DNA of 64,000 nt from the NCBI GenBank assembly GCA_964369315.1, contig CAYJEJ010000001.1:4091-68090 (forward strand), in the 5' to 3' direction. This stretch comes from an uncultured Alphaproteobacteria bacterium (GTDB lineage: Bacteria > Pseudomonadota > Alphaproteobacteria > UBA3830 > JAIRWN01). The notes below the pieces were generated by a model, which saw only the letters and a program-made list of their open reading frames with translations, searched no databases and was not told where the DNA came from. The stretch's first letter is position 1. Each line of letters opens with the position of its first letter. Positions 9,264-19,093 of the stretch are shown one piece after another. The position numbers and the translations under genes are program-made.

Positions 9264-10453
9264 TGAAAAAGATAACAAAATATTTCATCATCATTTTCTC
9301 AGCAGTATTAATGTCTGTGTGCGGGCTAGAGCTTGCACTACATTCTCAAAAAGGCTTAAAGACTGTCTTAAATGCTGGTTTAAAACTGTTTAATTACGAT
9401 GCTCTCTTAAAATTTTCGTCTGGTCGAGGGTCATTATTCAAAGGAATTTTTTTAGAGAATGCTGAACTAGAACACGAAAATTTTGTTGCTAGTGCTAATG
9501 ATATTTCAATTAATGTTAATGTCTTGTCTGGGCTTTTTATAAAAATCAATTCTATTAATGGAAATTACACAAAAAACTCACAAAACATAAAAATCTCGTC
9601 CAAACACATCGAGATAAACCTATTCAATGGCATACATTCAGCTAGAGTTATTGACGGTGACATTAAAATCTTTAAGCAGAGCAAACAGATTTCTCATTGT
9701 GCAGATTTGTCGATAAATTTAACAAAAAAAGACCGCAAAACATTGGCATATGTCATCTCATCTAGTGATGTTTTCTATAACAATTTCATCGGAAAAAACG
9801 TAACAATCGCTGGAAATATCACTGATAATAAAGTTCTAAACGCTCAGATTTCAGCCCTAGATTCTTTTTTCAAAGACATCAAAATTGGCACAGTTAAATC
9901 GGACGCACTATTAAGTTTTTCTGACGATAAGGTCTCGTTTGACCTGACTAACTTGTCGCTTATGGGTTGTTTAATGGAAATAACTGGCATTAAAAAAGAC
10001 GATAATTTGTCAGGGAAAATTTTTATTCAATCAATTGAAGGGCAAACTTTCAAACACCTATTACGCAAAGTTCACATTCATTGGCTATATCCAATAGTAA
10101 ATTTTCTTCAGGGCTCGAGAATAGATTTTTCATATGATGGTGATAATATTAATTGGAAATTTCACCCAGCAAATCGTGTTAGTTTTTGCCCAATTCTTGA
10201 ATTAAAAAAGATAAAATCTGGTCTTTTCGAGCTAACATCAGAAAGCATTCACGATAACAATCTCGTATTGAGCGGACAAATTAAATATGATGACAACATC
10301 GAATTTGATATGGACATAGAAAACCCGAATTCAGAAAAAATCCTTTGTGAAGAGTGCTCATATCTAAAAAACATCAAATTTCTTAGTGGCGGACAATTAA
10401 TGGTCTCAGCTAGGTTTCTAGAGGGCTCAAAAAAAAACTCTTTTTTTCTATAA
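9263..10453 (+). CDS. tamB: TamB-like translocation/assembly module protein, N-terminal segment (frame-interrupted)
   Basis: 396 aa with an N-terminal signal anchor (FIIIFSAVLMSVCGLELAL) and repetitive beta-rich Asn/Ile/Lys sequence. The ORF ends just after an A9 tract. The downstream ORF continues the same kind of sequence in another frame. Confidence 0.65.
   Translation: MKKITKYFIIIFSAVLMSVCGLELALHSQKGLKTVLNAGLKLFNYDALLKFSSGRGSLFKGIFLENAELEHENFVASANDISINVNVLSGLFIKINSINGNYTKNSQNIKISSKHIEINLFNGIHSARVIDGDIKIFKQSKQISHCADLSINLTKKDRKTLAYVISSSDVFYNNFIGKNVTIAGNITDNKVLNAQISALDSFFKDIKIGTVKSDALLSFSDDKVSFDLTNLSLMGCLMEITGIKKDDNLSGKIFIQSIEGQTFKHLLRKVHIHWLYPIVNFLQGSRIDFSYDGDNINWKFHPANRVSFCPILELKKIKSGLFELTSESIHDNNLVLSGQIKYDDNIEFDMDIENPNSEKILCEECSYLKNIKFLSGGQLMVSARFLEGSKKNSFFL
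10429..10447 (+). repeat. A9-CTC-T7 homopolymer tract at the tamB frame break
   Basis: Sequence is ggctc AAAAAAAAA ctc TTTTTTT ctaTAA. The upstream frame stops at 10451-10453. The downstream tamB frame is already open from 10414. Confidence 0.9.
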
Positions 10454-10530
10454 AAGCGAGCGAAAATACTTTTAACATCCCTGTTCATGAATTAGCTTTT
10501 TCAAGCACTTTTGAGAATAAATTATTTTCT

Positions 10531-12834
10531 TTGTTAATCGACTTGAAGCTGCTTGACGAGACATTGGAGGCAAAAGTTAATGGTGGAATTGACCAAAACA
10601 TTAACATCTCTAAGCTAGAAATTAAAAATAAATCTATTCACCTGATAAATAAATCTGAAATATCCGTAAAAAATCTTGACCATATTGTAGGTAAAATCAG
10701 CGGAACGTTCAAAAATTTAAATTTCATCAACTATTTTCTTGAGAAAAAAATTGAATGTGACGGAAGTTTTGACCTGTCCAGCACAGGGAATAAATTAATT
10801 GCAAAACTAAACACCAATAAATTAAAAATAGATAAAATATCTTTCAACAACATTAACGCTCAAATTGAAACCAATCCAATTTCTCTTAATGTTACTGTAA
10901 AATCATCAACCCTATATGGTAACAAAATTAACAATTTGACCCTCATCTCGGAGCAAGAAAAAACAGGTCAATTAAACTATAAATTATCAGCACTAATAGA
11001 AAACTTTAAAAATGCTTTATTACTTTCATCAGGTAGCGTTTTTTACTCCCCCAAAAACATAAACTTAAAAATCAATGATTTTTCAGTCAATAATCTCACA
11101 ACCAAGCTTCGATTAGTCACTCCCGCATCAATACATTATGAAAATGACAATATCAACTGTTCAATCCCAAGCTTGACCTTTAATGATAGAGAGTTTTTAA
11201 GATTAGGGTTCAAAAAAAATAACAAACAAATTGATTGCTCACTTTATTTAAAAGATTTACCAGTATCTTTATTTAACCTAGTTGGATATAAAGCCTATAA
11301 ATTTGGCACAATCTCAACTGATTTCACAATAAATGGTTCACCAAACTCCCCCAATATAATCTTTAAGGGAGAATGTAAAAATATCGGCAAAAAATTACAT
11401 AATATCAAATCACATTGCATTTTTTCAGGTATATATAAAAACAACAGATTCACTGCTGATATAGACTTTCCCAATTTTGTTGGTATTTTTGGTCGCATTA
11501 ACTTAGACATTGGTTGCCAAGTTACTCTGTTTCCTTTTCATGTTGATGTTTATAAAAATGAATATTTAAAGATGTTATGCACCCTAAAATCAGACCTATC
11601 GGTTCCCATGAACATTTTATTACCAGATGGGATGGAATGCTGGGGCGTCTTAAACTCTAATCTAAACATCACAGGAACGCCAAGTTCACCCAAAATCGAT
11701 GGTCAGCTTAATTTAAAAGATGGCGGTTTTGAACAAATTTCATCTGGCACATATGTAAAAAACATCAATATTCTCGCCAAGACCAATAACAATGGTCAAA
11801 TGCTTATAAAGGCAAGTGCGACCGACGACTCAGATGGTAAAGCATTTGTCACTGGTAATATTATTCGCCAAGACTCACAATCTATTCCAGTTTTAGACTG
11901 CCTAGTAAATTTTGATAATTTTAAAATAATAGACGAAGATGATTTAATCGTCAGTGTAAAAGGCGATTCTTATTTAAAAGGTGGATTAGACTGTCTTCAT
12001 TTTACTGGTAAACTCGACATGCCATATGTATTAGTCGATATCGACACAACATATAGCGATTCAAAAGGGGACTTACAAGTCCTAGAAAACGGAAAACATA
12101 TAGATGTGTTTGAAACCCCAGAAATCAAGGTTTCCTTGCCCTTTAAATGTAATGTGGCACTGAATTGTCAAAAGCTGCATCTAAAAGGAAAGCTTTTGGA
12201 CTCTGTGTGGTATGGAGATGTCAAGTTATTGGGAGGGTATGATAAAAACGCTGCATTAAGTGGGGTTTTAAAGCTCAGAGAAGGGCATTTCTGTTTCTTA
12301 GAAAGGAACATCCCCATAAAAGTTGGAACCATCTCCTACAGTGAGCATGCTCCGTTTGTTCCCGTTGTTAATATGCACGCCAGTAAAGACATTAATATTG
12401 CAAAAGTCACAGCAAACATAAAACAAACTTCAAGTAGTGTTGTTTTTAATTTAAACTCTAATCCCCAGCTACCTTTAGAGACTATTTTTTCTTATTTATT
12501 ATTTAATAAAGCACAATATAATCTAACTATTTTAGAGGCTTTACAGGTCAATGGCGTTGTTTCTGCCGTGAAAGAACAATCAAATAAAACTTTCAAATTA
12601 CTAGAATCTGTTGAGCAACAAGACTTAAGTTCGGACTTATCGTCTTATAACAACCCTTCAAGTAGTAATATCAGTCTTGGAAAGTATGTCGGCGAAAATA
12701 TTTATTTAAGTATTGAAAACGATACTACTAAAAAGGTTGCCTTCATGAAGGTTCATATTGTTTTCACGAAAAACGTCTCTGGTCAAATAAACTCTCTAGG
12801 AGAGTTTGGTCTTGGATGGCAAAGACGATATTAA
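10531..12834 (+). CDS. tamB: TamB-like protein, C-terminal segment with DUF490-type end
   Basis: 767 aa, and the frame is open back to 10414. The C-terminus ...LGKYVGENIYLSIEND...GEFGLGWQRRY resembles the TamB/DUF490 terminal domain. Confidence 0.7.
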   Translation: MLIDLKLLDETLEAKVNGGIDQNINISKLEIKNKSIHLINKSEISVKNLDHIVGKISGTFKNLNFINYFLEKKIECDGSFDLSSTGNKLIAKLNTNKLKIDKISFNNINAQIETNPISLNVTVKSSTLYGNKINNLTLISEQEKTGQLNYKLSALIENFKNALLLSSGSVFYSPKNINLKINDFSVNNLTTKLRLVTPASIHYENDNINCSIPSLTFNDREFLRLGFKKNNKQIDCSLYLKDLPVSLFNLVGYKAYKFGTISTDFTINGSPNSPNIIFKGECKNIGKKLHNIKSHCIFSGIYKNNRFTADIDFPNFVGIFGRINLDIGCQVTLFPFHVDVYKNEYLKMLCTLKSDLSVPMNILLPDGMECWGVLNSNLNITGTPSSPKIDGQLNLKDGGFEQISSGTYVKNINILAKTNNNGQMLIKASATDDSDGKAFVTGNIIRQDSQSIPVLDCLVNFDNFKIIDEDDLIVSVKGDSYLKGGLDCLHFTGKLDMPYVLVDIDTTYSDSKGDLQVLENGKHIDVFETPEIKVSLPFKCNVALNCQKLHLKGKLLDSVWYGDVKLLGGYDKNAALSGVLKLREGHFCFLERNIPIKVGTISYSEHAPFVPVVNMHASKDINIAKVTANIKQTSSSVVFNLNSNPQLPLETIFSYLLFNKAQYNLTILEALQVNGVVSAVKEQSNKTFKLLESVEQQDLSSDLSSYNNPSSSNISLGKYVGENIYLSIENDTTKKVAFMKVHIVFTKNVSGQINSLGEFGLGWQRRY

Positions 12835-13128
12835 TACATAATACTAATATATTAATATAATAAATATTGTATTTGATGTAGTGATGTGAACTGTGTGAAT
12901 TAACATTTTGTTAAACAATTATCCACACAAAAGATGCTGTCTTTAATCTAAGAAAACCGAGCATAACCAAAGATTTATACACATCTGTTGAAATAATATT
13001 GATGATGTTGATAAGTTCGAGGTGTTTATCTGAATAAAAATGACAAAACACCACCACTTAAAAAAAGGCTAAAGCTATCAACACAATCTTAACAGACTAT
13101 TAACAGCTTTAGTCTCAGCAAAAATCAC

Positions 13129-13551
13129 CTAGACATCTAATTCAAAGTAATTGAACAGCTCCGTATACGCCTTTTTTAAAAAAGGCGTTGATATACTTAA
13201 CAAAATCTTGGGATTAATAAAACTAAACTGATTTCCCAGAAGTCTGACTTTGTTTTTATCGGCTTTGACAAGATACCAGTGAACGCTCAGGCTTCTTTCC
13301 TCTTCTTCTCTTGTAGTATAGTTATATCGACAGATTGAAGGAAACTCTCCTTCGATGGAGTAATGTTCTTTCGTGAGATAAAACTTTTCTTCTAGTGTTT
13401 GGTGTAAAAAATATTCTGGCGAATCTCCAACCACCTCAAACTTTGGCAATGACCAATATACAAACAAATCTCGCTTAGTCGCCAAAACGTCATTATTACA
13501 CATCATGATGATACCAATCTGTGTTTCGTGTAATTTTTCTTCTTCTTCCAT
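13129..13551 (-). CDS. hypothetical protein, degenerate MutT/Nudix-like
   Basis: Likely start is MEEEEKLHETQ at 13551. The segment WSLPKFEVVGDSPEYFLHQTLEEKFYL lines up with WxFPGGkvexGEtxxxAxxRELxEExG, but the key Nudix-box residues are replaced. Confidence 0.35.
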   Translation of the reverse strand: MEEEEKLHETQIGIIMMCNNDVLATKRDLFVYWSLPKFEVVGDSPEYFLHQTLEEKFYLTKEHYSIEGEFPSICRYNYTTREEEERSLSVHWYLVKADKNKVRLLGNQFSFINPKILLSISTPFLKKAYTELFNYFELDV

Positions 13552-13688
13552 AACAATCCAAAAAATATATTTTAACAATTATAACAAATTCAATTAAATC
13601 AATCAAATATTGGTTTACAAAATGACTATTTTAATGAGACTATCAATTACATTTATTCAACCTTGTAAATATATATGGGGGATTAAAC

Positions 13689-14969
13689 TTGAGAAGCGTT
13701 TCTGTCATTGGTCTTGGTTATGTTGGTTTGCCTGTTGCTGTGGCGTTTGGCTTAAGCAGAAAAGTGATTGGTTTTGACGTTAATGAGGCGAGGATAAAAT
13801 CTCTAATCAATGGGATTGATGCCACTGGCGAGGTAGAGCAAGCAGATTTAATCAAATCTAATGTATCCTATACCAGCGATATATCAGACCTAAAACATGC
13901 TGATTTTCATATTATTTGCGTCCCTACCCCTGTAGATTCTTCAAATGAGCCGGATTTAACCCCATTATTTTTAGCCTCAGAAACAGTGGGAAAAGCGTTG
14001 AAAAAAGGCGATATCGTGGTATACGAATCCACTGTTTACCCAGGTGCGACAGAAGAAGAGTGCGTTCCAATCCTAGAGAAAACATCTGGTCTAAAGTTCG
14101 GTGAAGATTTTTCAGTTGGTTATAGCCCTGAACGCATAAACCCAGGGGATAAGAAGCATAAATTTTCTACTATTAAAAAAGTCGTCTCTGGTTCAGACTT
14201 AGAAACAGCCAACATAGTTGAAAGAGAATATGCATCAGTCGTGACAGCAGGAGTGTTTCGTGCGTCTTGCATCAAAGTCGCTGAGGCGGCAAAGGTCATC
14301 GAAAACACACAAAGAGACATTAATATAGCTTTGATGAACGAGCTTTCGTTAATTTTTGACCGTTTGGGCATTGATACCAATGATGTTTTGGAAGCGGCAG
14401 GCACGAAGTGGAATTTTTTAAAATTCACACCTGGTCTTGTCGGTGGACATTGTATAGGGGTTGACCCATATTACCTCACTCATAAAGCCAAGAGATTGGG
14501 GTATAACCCCGAAGTGATTTTAAGCGGAAGACGTATTAATGACGGGATGGGGCTTTATATTGCTCAAAATATGCTGAAGATTTTGGTGAAAAATAAACTC
14601 TTAAAAAACGACTTAAAAATAGCCGTGTTGGGTATGACCTTTAAAGAAGATGTGCCTGACCTAAGAAACAGTAAAGTGTATGATATAGTCCAGAATTTAC
14701 TAAACTTTGGTCTGAATGTTGTTGTGTCTGACCCATATGCCGATAATGATGAGATGAAACAATATTATGGTATAGAAAACACGCCAATTGCATCGATTAG
14801 TGATGTGGACGCTGTGATTTTAGCCGTCTCACACGCAGAGTTTGTGAAACAAGGTTGGGATTTGGTTGAAAAATTAATCAATAAAAACCAAAAATGTTTG
14901 GTGATGGATATAAAATCTGTTCTCGAGCGAAGTAATTGCCCAGATAACGTAATTTTATGGAGGCTTTAG
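13689..14969 (+). CDS. nucleotide-sugar (UDP-glucose/GDP-mannose family) dehydrogenase, TviB/WbpO-like
   Basis: 426 aa with a TTG start preceded by GGGGGA. Rossmann motif VIGLGYVGLPVA and catalytic-Cys region GGHCIGVDPYY. Confidence 0.85.
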   Translation: MRSVSVIGLGYVGLPVAVAFGLSRKVIGFDVNEARIKSLINGIDATGEVEQADLIKSNVSYTSDISDLKHADFHIICVPTPVDSSNEPDLTPLFLASETVGKALKKGDIVVYESTVYPGATEEECVPILEKTSGLKFGEDFSVGYSPERINPGDKKHKFSTIKKVVSGSDLETANIVEREYASVVTAGVFRASCIKVAEAAKVIENTQRDINIALMNELSLIFDRLGIDTNDVLEAAGTKWNFLKFTPGLVGGHCIGVDPYYLTHKAKRLGYNPEVILSGRRINDGMGLYIAQNMLKILVKNKLLKNDLKIAVLGMTFKEDVPDLRNSKVYDIVQNLLNFGLNVVVSDPYADNDEMKQYYGIENTPIASISDVDAVILAVSHAEFVKQGWDLVEKLINKNQKCLVMDIKSVLERSNCPDNVILWRL

Positions 14970-14974
14970 GTAAA

Positions 14975-15979
14975 ATGAAGGTTCTGGTAACTGGGACGGC
15001 AGGTTTTATAGGGTTTTTTGTTGCAAAAAAGCTTCTAGAACAAGGATGTGACGTTCTTGGGATTGATAATTTTAATGATTATTATGATGTTTCTTTAAAA
15101 GAAGCCAGAGCAAACATTTTAAAGCAAAATCCTCGATTTACTGAATTTAAAATCAATTTAGAAGACAAAGACGCCGTCATGGGCGTGTTTAAGAAACATT
15201 GTCCAGAGCTCGTCATTCACCTCGCGGCACAGGCTGGGGTGCGTTATGGGTTTGAAAACCCGCACACTTACGTTGATTCGAATGTGATGGGTTTTTTGAA
15301 TGTATTAGAAGGGTGTCGACACCATAGGGTGAGGCATTTAGTCTATGCATCGACAAGTTCGGTTTATGGGAGTAACGTGAAAAGACCATTTTCTGAACAT
15401 GACAATGCAGACCACCCTTTAAGCATATATTCTGCGACTAAGCGCGCGAATGAGCTGATGGCACATTCATATTCTTATTTGTTTAACATTCCAGTTACAG
15501 GACTGAGGTTTTTTAATGTCTATGGCCCTTGGGGCAGACCAGATTTAGCGTTGTTTTCTTTTACTAAAAACATACTGGCAGGTCAGCCAATAGAAGTTTT
15601 TAACCACGGGAATATGGAGCGAGACTTTACCTATATAGATGACATAGTAATGGGGGTTTTGAAAATTGCATTCGAAACAGAGCCAAAGAAAAATCTTGAC
15701 GATATCAGTGATGCGTCGAACAGCCCTGTTGCCCCGTATAAGATTTATAATATCGGCAACAACAAGCCTGAAAATTTGATGACTTATATCGCTTGCATAG
15801 AAAAAGAACTAGGCATGCCGGCAGAGAAGGTGATGCTCCCCATCCAACCAGGTGAGGTTGAAAAAACTTGGGCGGATGTTAGCGACTTGAAAGACGCCGT
15901 TGGCTATCGCCCTGATACGTCAATAGACTATGGCATTAAACAATTTGTGAAGTGGTACAGAGAATTTTATAGGGTATAA
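14975..15979 (+). CDS. NAD-dependent nucleotide-sugar epimerase (UDP-glucuronate / UDP-GlcNAcA 4-epimerase-like)
   Basis: VLVTGTAGFIGF Rossmann motif and the YSATK (YxxxK) catalytic motif. GGAGG lies 11 nt upstream of the ATG at 14975. Confidence 0.85.
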   Translation: MKVLVTGTAGFIGFFVAKKLLEQGCDVLGIDNFNDYYDVSLKEARANILKQNPRFTEFKINLEDKDAVMGVFKKHCPELVIHLAAQAGVRYGFENPHTYVDSNVMGFLNVLEGCRHHRVRHLVYASTSSVYGSNVKRPFSEHDNADHPLSIYSATKRANELMAHSYSYLFNIPVTGLRFFNVYGPWGRPDLALFSFTKNILAGQPIEVFNHGNMERDFTYIDDIVMGVLKIAFETEPKKNLDDISDASNSPVAPYKIYNIGNNKPENLMTYIACIEKELGMPAEKVMLPIQPGEVEKTWADVSDLKDAVGYRPDTSIDYGIKQFVKWYREFYRV

Positions 15980-15982
15980 ACA

Positions 15983-16822
15983 ATGTCTGATGAGTTAAAA
16001 AATTTAGATACACATTTCGCTTTTGGCGAAAATTGGGAAAAATATTCAAGATTAATCAATGAAGACCGTATTGAAGAGGCGAAACGTTCTTTAACCGAGC
16101 TCTTAGATATTGATGGAAAGGAAATGTCTCTCGAAGGGAAAAGCTTTTTAGACATCGGGTGTGGTTCTGGCTTGTTTTCTTTAGCAGCATCAAAGTTGGG
16201 TGCGACCGATATCACACTAACTGACATAGACCCGATATCTGTTAAAACCGCACAAGCTGTTTTAAAACGCTTTGATTCAAAGGCTAAAGTAACGTCTGAT
16301 GTCATTAGTGTTTTTGACCTGAACCCTGATGCACATGGTCGGTTTGATGTTGTCTATTCTTGGGGAGTGTTGCACCACACGGGCGATATGTATGGCGCCA
16401 TTAAAAAAGCGTCCGACATGGTTAAACAAGATGGAGTTTTTATCATAGCTTTATATCAAAAAACCAAGTGTTGCCAAGTTTGGAAACATATTAAACGAGT
16501 TTATAAGTCTTTGCCATCCATACTGCAAAAGTGTGTGCAGGTTCTACAGGTTTTGGGTGTATCCGTTAAGTTATTGTTCAAAGCTACCAACCCATTCAAA
16601 TATATCAAAGATTATAAAAAATCTCGCGGGATGAGTTATTTGCATGATGTCCATGATTGGTTGGGCGGCTATCCTTATGAGTCGATTGCTCTAGAGGAGA
16701 TGAAAAAATTTGCAAACGAGATTGGCTTTAAGATACTCAAAACCAGAAACATAGAAAACAGACAGCCAATCGGATTTTTCGGCTCTGGTTGTGGTGAATT
16801 TGTTATGGTGAGAAGCACGTAG
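15983..16822 (+). CDS. class I SAM-dependent methyltransferase
   Basis: 279 aa. SAM motif I is LDIGCGSGLFS. Acidic post-I residue and DVVYSWGVLHH are present. Co-oriented with the sugar-nucleotide genes. Confidence 0.75.
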   Translation: MSDELKNLDTHFAFGENWEKYSRLINEDRIEEAKRSLTELLDIDGKEMSLEGKSFLDIGCGSGLFSLAASKLGATDITLTDIDPISVKTAQAVLKRFDSKAKVTSDVISVFDLNPDAHGRFDVVYSWGVLHHTGDMYGAIKKASDMVKQDGVFIIALYQKTKCCQVWKHIKRVYKSLPSILQKCVQVLQVLGVSVKLLFKATNPFKYIKDYKKSRGMSYLHDVHDWLGGYPYESIALEEMKKFANEIGFKILKTRNIENRQPIGFFGSGCGEFVMVRST

Positions 16823-16925
16823 ATATAAAAATGGTTCAGAATATCCATTTTTAGTCATGAATAATGAAAATAAATAAAAAAATTGCTTGCAGATTTTAGA
16901 TTGTTATGTAGCATACAAGTGTGAT

Positions 16926-17000
16926 GCGGGTGTAGCTCAGGGGTAGAGCACAACCTTGCCAAGGTTGGGGTCGAGGGTTCAAATCCCTTCGCCCGCTCCA
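16926..17000 (+). tRNA. tRNA-Gly (anticodon GCC)
   Basis: GCGGGTG...CGCCCGC acceptor stem, anticodon stem CAACC/GGTTG with loop TTGCCAA, T-loop GGTTCAAATCC, and encoded CCA. Confidence 0.93.
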
Positions 17001-17107
17001 AGATAGTTTTTTTTGTGTTTATCGCTATCGCCGATTTTTTCTTCAGCCATCTTTAATATCGGTTACTTCAGGATTTATTTGTTTCAAATATCAAGTTCTT
17101 GCTTTGA

Positions 17108-18277
17108 TTACAAACAGTCGGTTATCTCATTGATTATCGCATCAGTCTTGAGGTAATGCCTGTGGGGGATGATTAAGTGCTCACGCTGTTTTGCAAGGAA
17201 TTTTTGAGATAAGAGCCTGTTCAAGTTATTTGATGTAATAAACTTCCTGAATAGTTCTTCTCCGATGTTTGCCTCGAGAGTGTTTAAGTTCAAACCAAAC
17301 GAAGTTCTCAGCCCCATAATTACCATCTCTAATAATATATCTTGTTTTGCTAAGGGTGATTGGTGAAACGCTATCGGACAACTTTTCTGCCATTTATGAA
17401 TGTTATTAAAACGCTTGACCTCAAAAATTTGATTATCCAGCTTGAGCCGACTATGTGCACCAGCTCCAACGCCCAAATATTCATGATAAAACCAATATGC
17501 AATATTATGACGAGATTGGCAGTTTGTTTTTGCGAAATTTGAAATTTCATAATGGTTGAACCCAGCATTGGAGAGGCTGTCATCGATTATTTTAAATTGT
17601 TTAATTGTATGGGCTTCGTTTGGCATTTTGAGTTGACCAAGGTTGTGTGCCCGTCCAAAAGGAGTGCCCTTTTCTATTGACAGTTGATACGCAGACACAT
17701 GGTCGGGATTTAGATTAATCAATTGATGCAGGTCATTTTTTAAGTCCGCAATGGTTTGATGTGGGGTTGCAAAAATAATGTCAGTATTGATGTTTTGAAA
17801 GCCAACTTGTCGAGCTAGAAAAAACGTCTCTATTGCCTGTTTCATTGTGTGTTGCCGCCCTAAAAATGTCAGCATTTTGTCATTAAAAGACTGTATACCT
17901 ATCGATAGGCGATTTATTCCAGCTTGCAGATAATTCAAGAGGAGCCCTTTTGTTATGGTTGCGGGGTTGACCTCTAGCGTAATTTCTATTTTAGGATTGG
18001 AAAACGTCCAATGGTTTTTTATAAAACTGATGATGTCGAAAATAATTTCTGGTTTAATCAGCGATGGCGTCCCGCCCCCAAAATAGATGCTGCTCACCTT
18101 TCTATCATGTAAACGAGCATGTTCAAATATCAGCTCTTGTATTATGCTTTGATGCCAATTTTCTTGATTGGGGGTTGAACAGGCTATTGAATTGAACGCA
18201 CAATAATTGCACTTACTTAAGCAATATGGCCAATGTAAATAGATAGCTAAGTCGCGTTGGTTGATATTGGTCAACAA
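17108..18277 (-). CDS. hemW: radical SAM heme chaperone HemW (HemN-like, oxygen-independent coproporphyrinogen oxidase family)
   Basis: 389 aa. N-terminal YLHWPYCLSKCNYCAFNS (CxxxCxxC) followed by GGGTPS. Confidence 0.88.
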   Translation of the reverse strand: MLTNINQRDLAIYLHWPYCLSKCNYCAFNSIACSTPNQENWHQSIIQELIFEHARLHDRKVSSIYFGGGTPSLIKPEIIFDIISFIKNHWTFSNPKIEITLEVNPATITKGLLLNYLQAGINRLSIGIQSFNDKMLTFLGRQHTMKQAIETFFLARQVGFQNINTDIIFATPHQTIADLKNDLHQLINLNPDHVSAYQLSIEKGTPFGRAHNLGQLKMPNEAHTIKQFKIIDDSLSNAGFNHYEISNFAKTNCQSRHNIAYWFYHEYLGVGAGAHSRLKLDNQIFEVKRFNNIHKWQKSCPIAFHQSPLAKQDILLEMVIMGLRTSFGLNLNTLEANIGEELFRKFITSNNLNRLLSQKFLAKQREHLIIPHRHYLKTDAIINEITDCL

Positions 18278-18291
18278 TCTTTCGTTAAAAA

Positions 18292-19020
18292 TTAATCTTC
18301 AAATAATTCAGCAAGAGCCAGCACTTGTTTTTGTGCAATTTGTTCAGAAGCCTTGCTTGCAAGGGCTAACAAATTAAACATTTCCTCTTGTGTAAATGAC
18401 CCGCCTTCTCCAGTGGCTTGAACCTCGACCAATTTGCCAGAACCAGTGATGACAAAGTTGCCGTCTACATAAGCGTTGCTGTCTTCATTATAGTCTAAAT
18501 CGACCATTGCCGAGCCATTGACAATCCCGCATGACACACCGCTGACACTATCAAATATCGGATATTGTTTTAGCATTCGGTTGTTCACAAGCCTGCGACA
18601 AGCAATAGCCATCGCAACATATCCGCCACAAATGGACGCCGTGCGAGTGCCCCCATCTGCTTGAATAACATCGCAATCAATACGAATTTGACGCTCTCCA
18701 AGTTTTTTGCAGTCAATCACTGCCCGTAAAGACCGTCCAATAAGCCGTTGAATTTCATGTGTTCGACCAGTTAGCTTGCCTTTGGACGCCTCTCTATCAG
18801 TGCGGGTATTAGTAGCACGTGGGAGCATAGAGTATTCTGCAGTAATCCATCCAATGCCTTGATTTCGCAAAAATGGGGGCACCTTTTCCTCAACAGAGGC
18901 TGAACATATCACCTGAGTATCGCCAAATTTTACTAAACAACTACCCTCTGGGTGTTTAATATAATTTGTAGTAAAAGAAAATTCCCTAAGCTCAGATAAA
19001 CCTCGACCTTGGCGTAGCAT
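18292..19020 (-). CDS. rph: ribonuclease PH
   Basis: The ORF extends to 19086, but MLRQGRGLSELREFSF at 19020 matches the normal RNase PH N-terminus. Motifs: GWITAEYSMLPRAT, GRTHEIQRLIGR, DCDVIQADGGTRTA. Confidence 0.92.
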   Translation of the reverse strand: MLRQGRGLSELREFSFTTNYIKHPEGSCLVKFGDTQVICSASVEEKVPPFLRNQGIGWITAEYSMLPRATNTRTDREASKGKLTGRTHEIQRLIGRSLRAVIDCKKLGERQIRIDCDVIQADGGTRTASICGGYVAMAIACRRLVNNRMLKQYPIFDSVSGVSCGIVNGSAMVDLDYNEDSNAYVDGNFVITGSGKLVEVQATGEGGSFTQEEMFNLLALASKASEQIAQKQVLALAELFED

Positions 19021-19093
19021 ATACTCAACCTTTGAATTTTTATATAATCTGCTATATATTATAGGCATACTTTGTTTTGAAGTCACGGATTAA

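Noticed and set aside
12835-13128. Possible replication origin. A perfect DnaA box TTATCCACA lies at 12919-12927 and a 1-mismatch box TTATACACA at 12975-12983, in a 294-bp AT-rich spacer.
   Set aside because: There are only two boxes. The spacer lies between the 3' ends of convergent genes, and no dnaA/hemE-type origin context or clear AT-rich 13-mer array is present. An origin cannot be excluded without a GC-skew analysis of the whole replicon, but the evidence is too weak to call.
19021-19093. Looked for a CIRCE operator (TTAGCACTC-N9-GAGTGCTAA) near hrcA/grpE
   Set aside because: No match with few mismatches was seen in the rph-hrcA spacer or upstream of grpE. CIRCE is expected at groES/dnaK, which lie outside this window.
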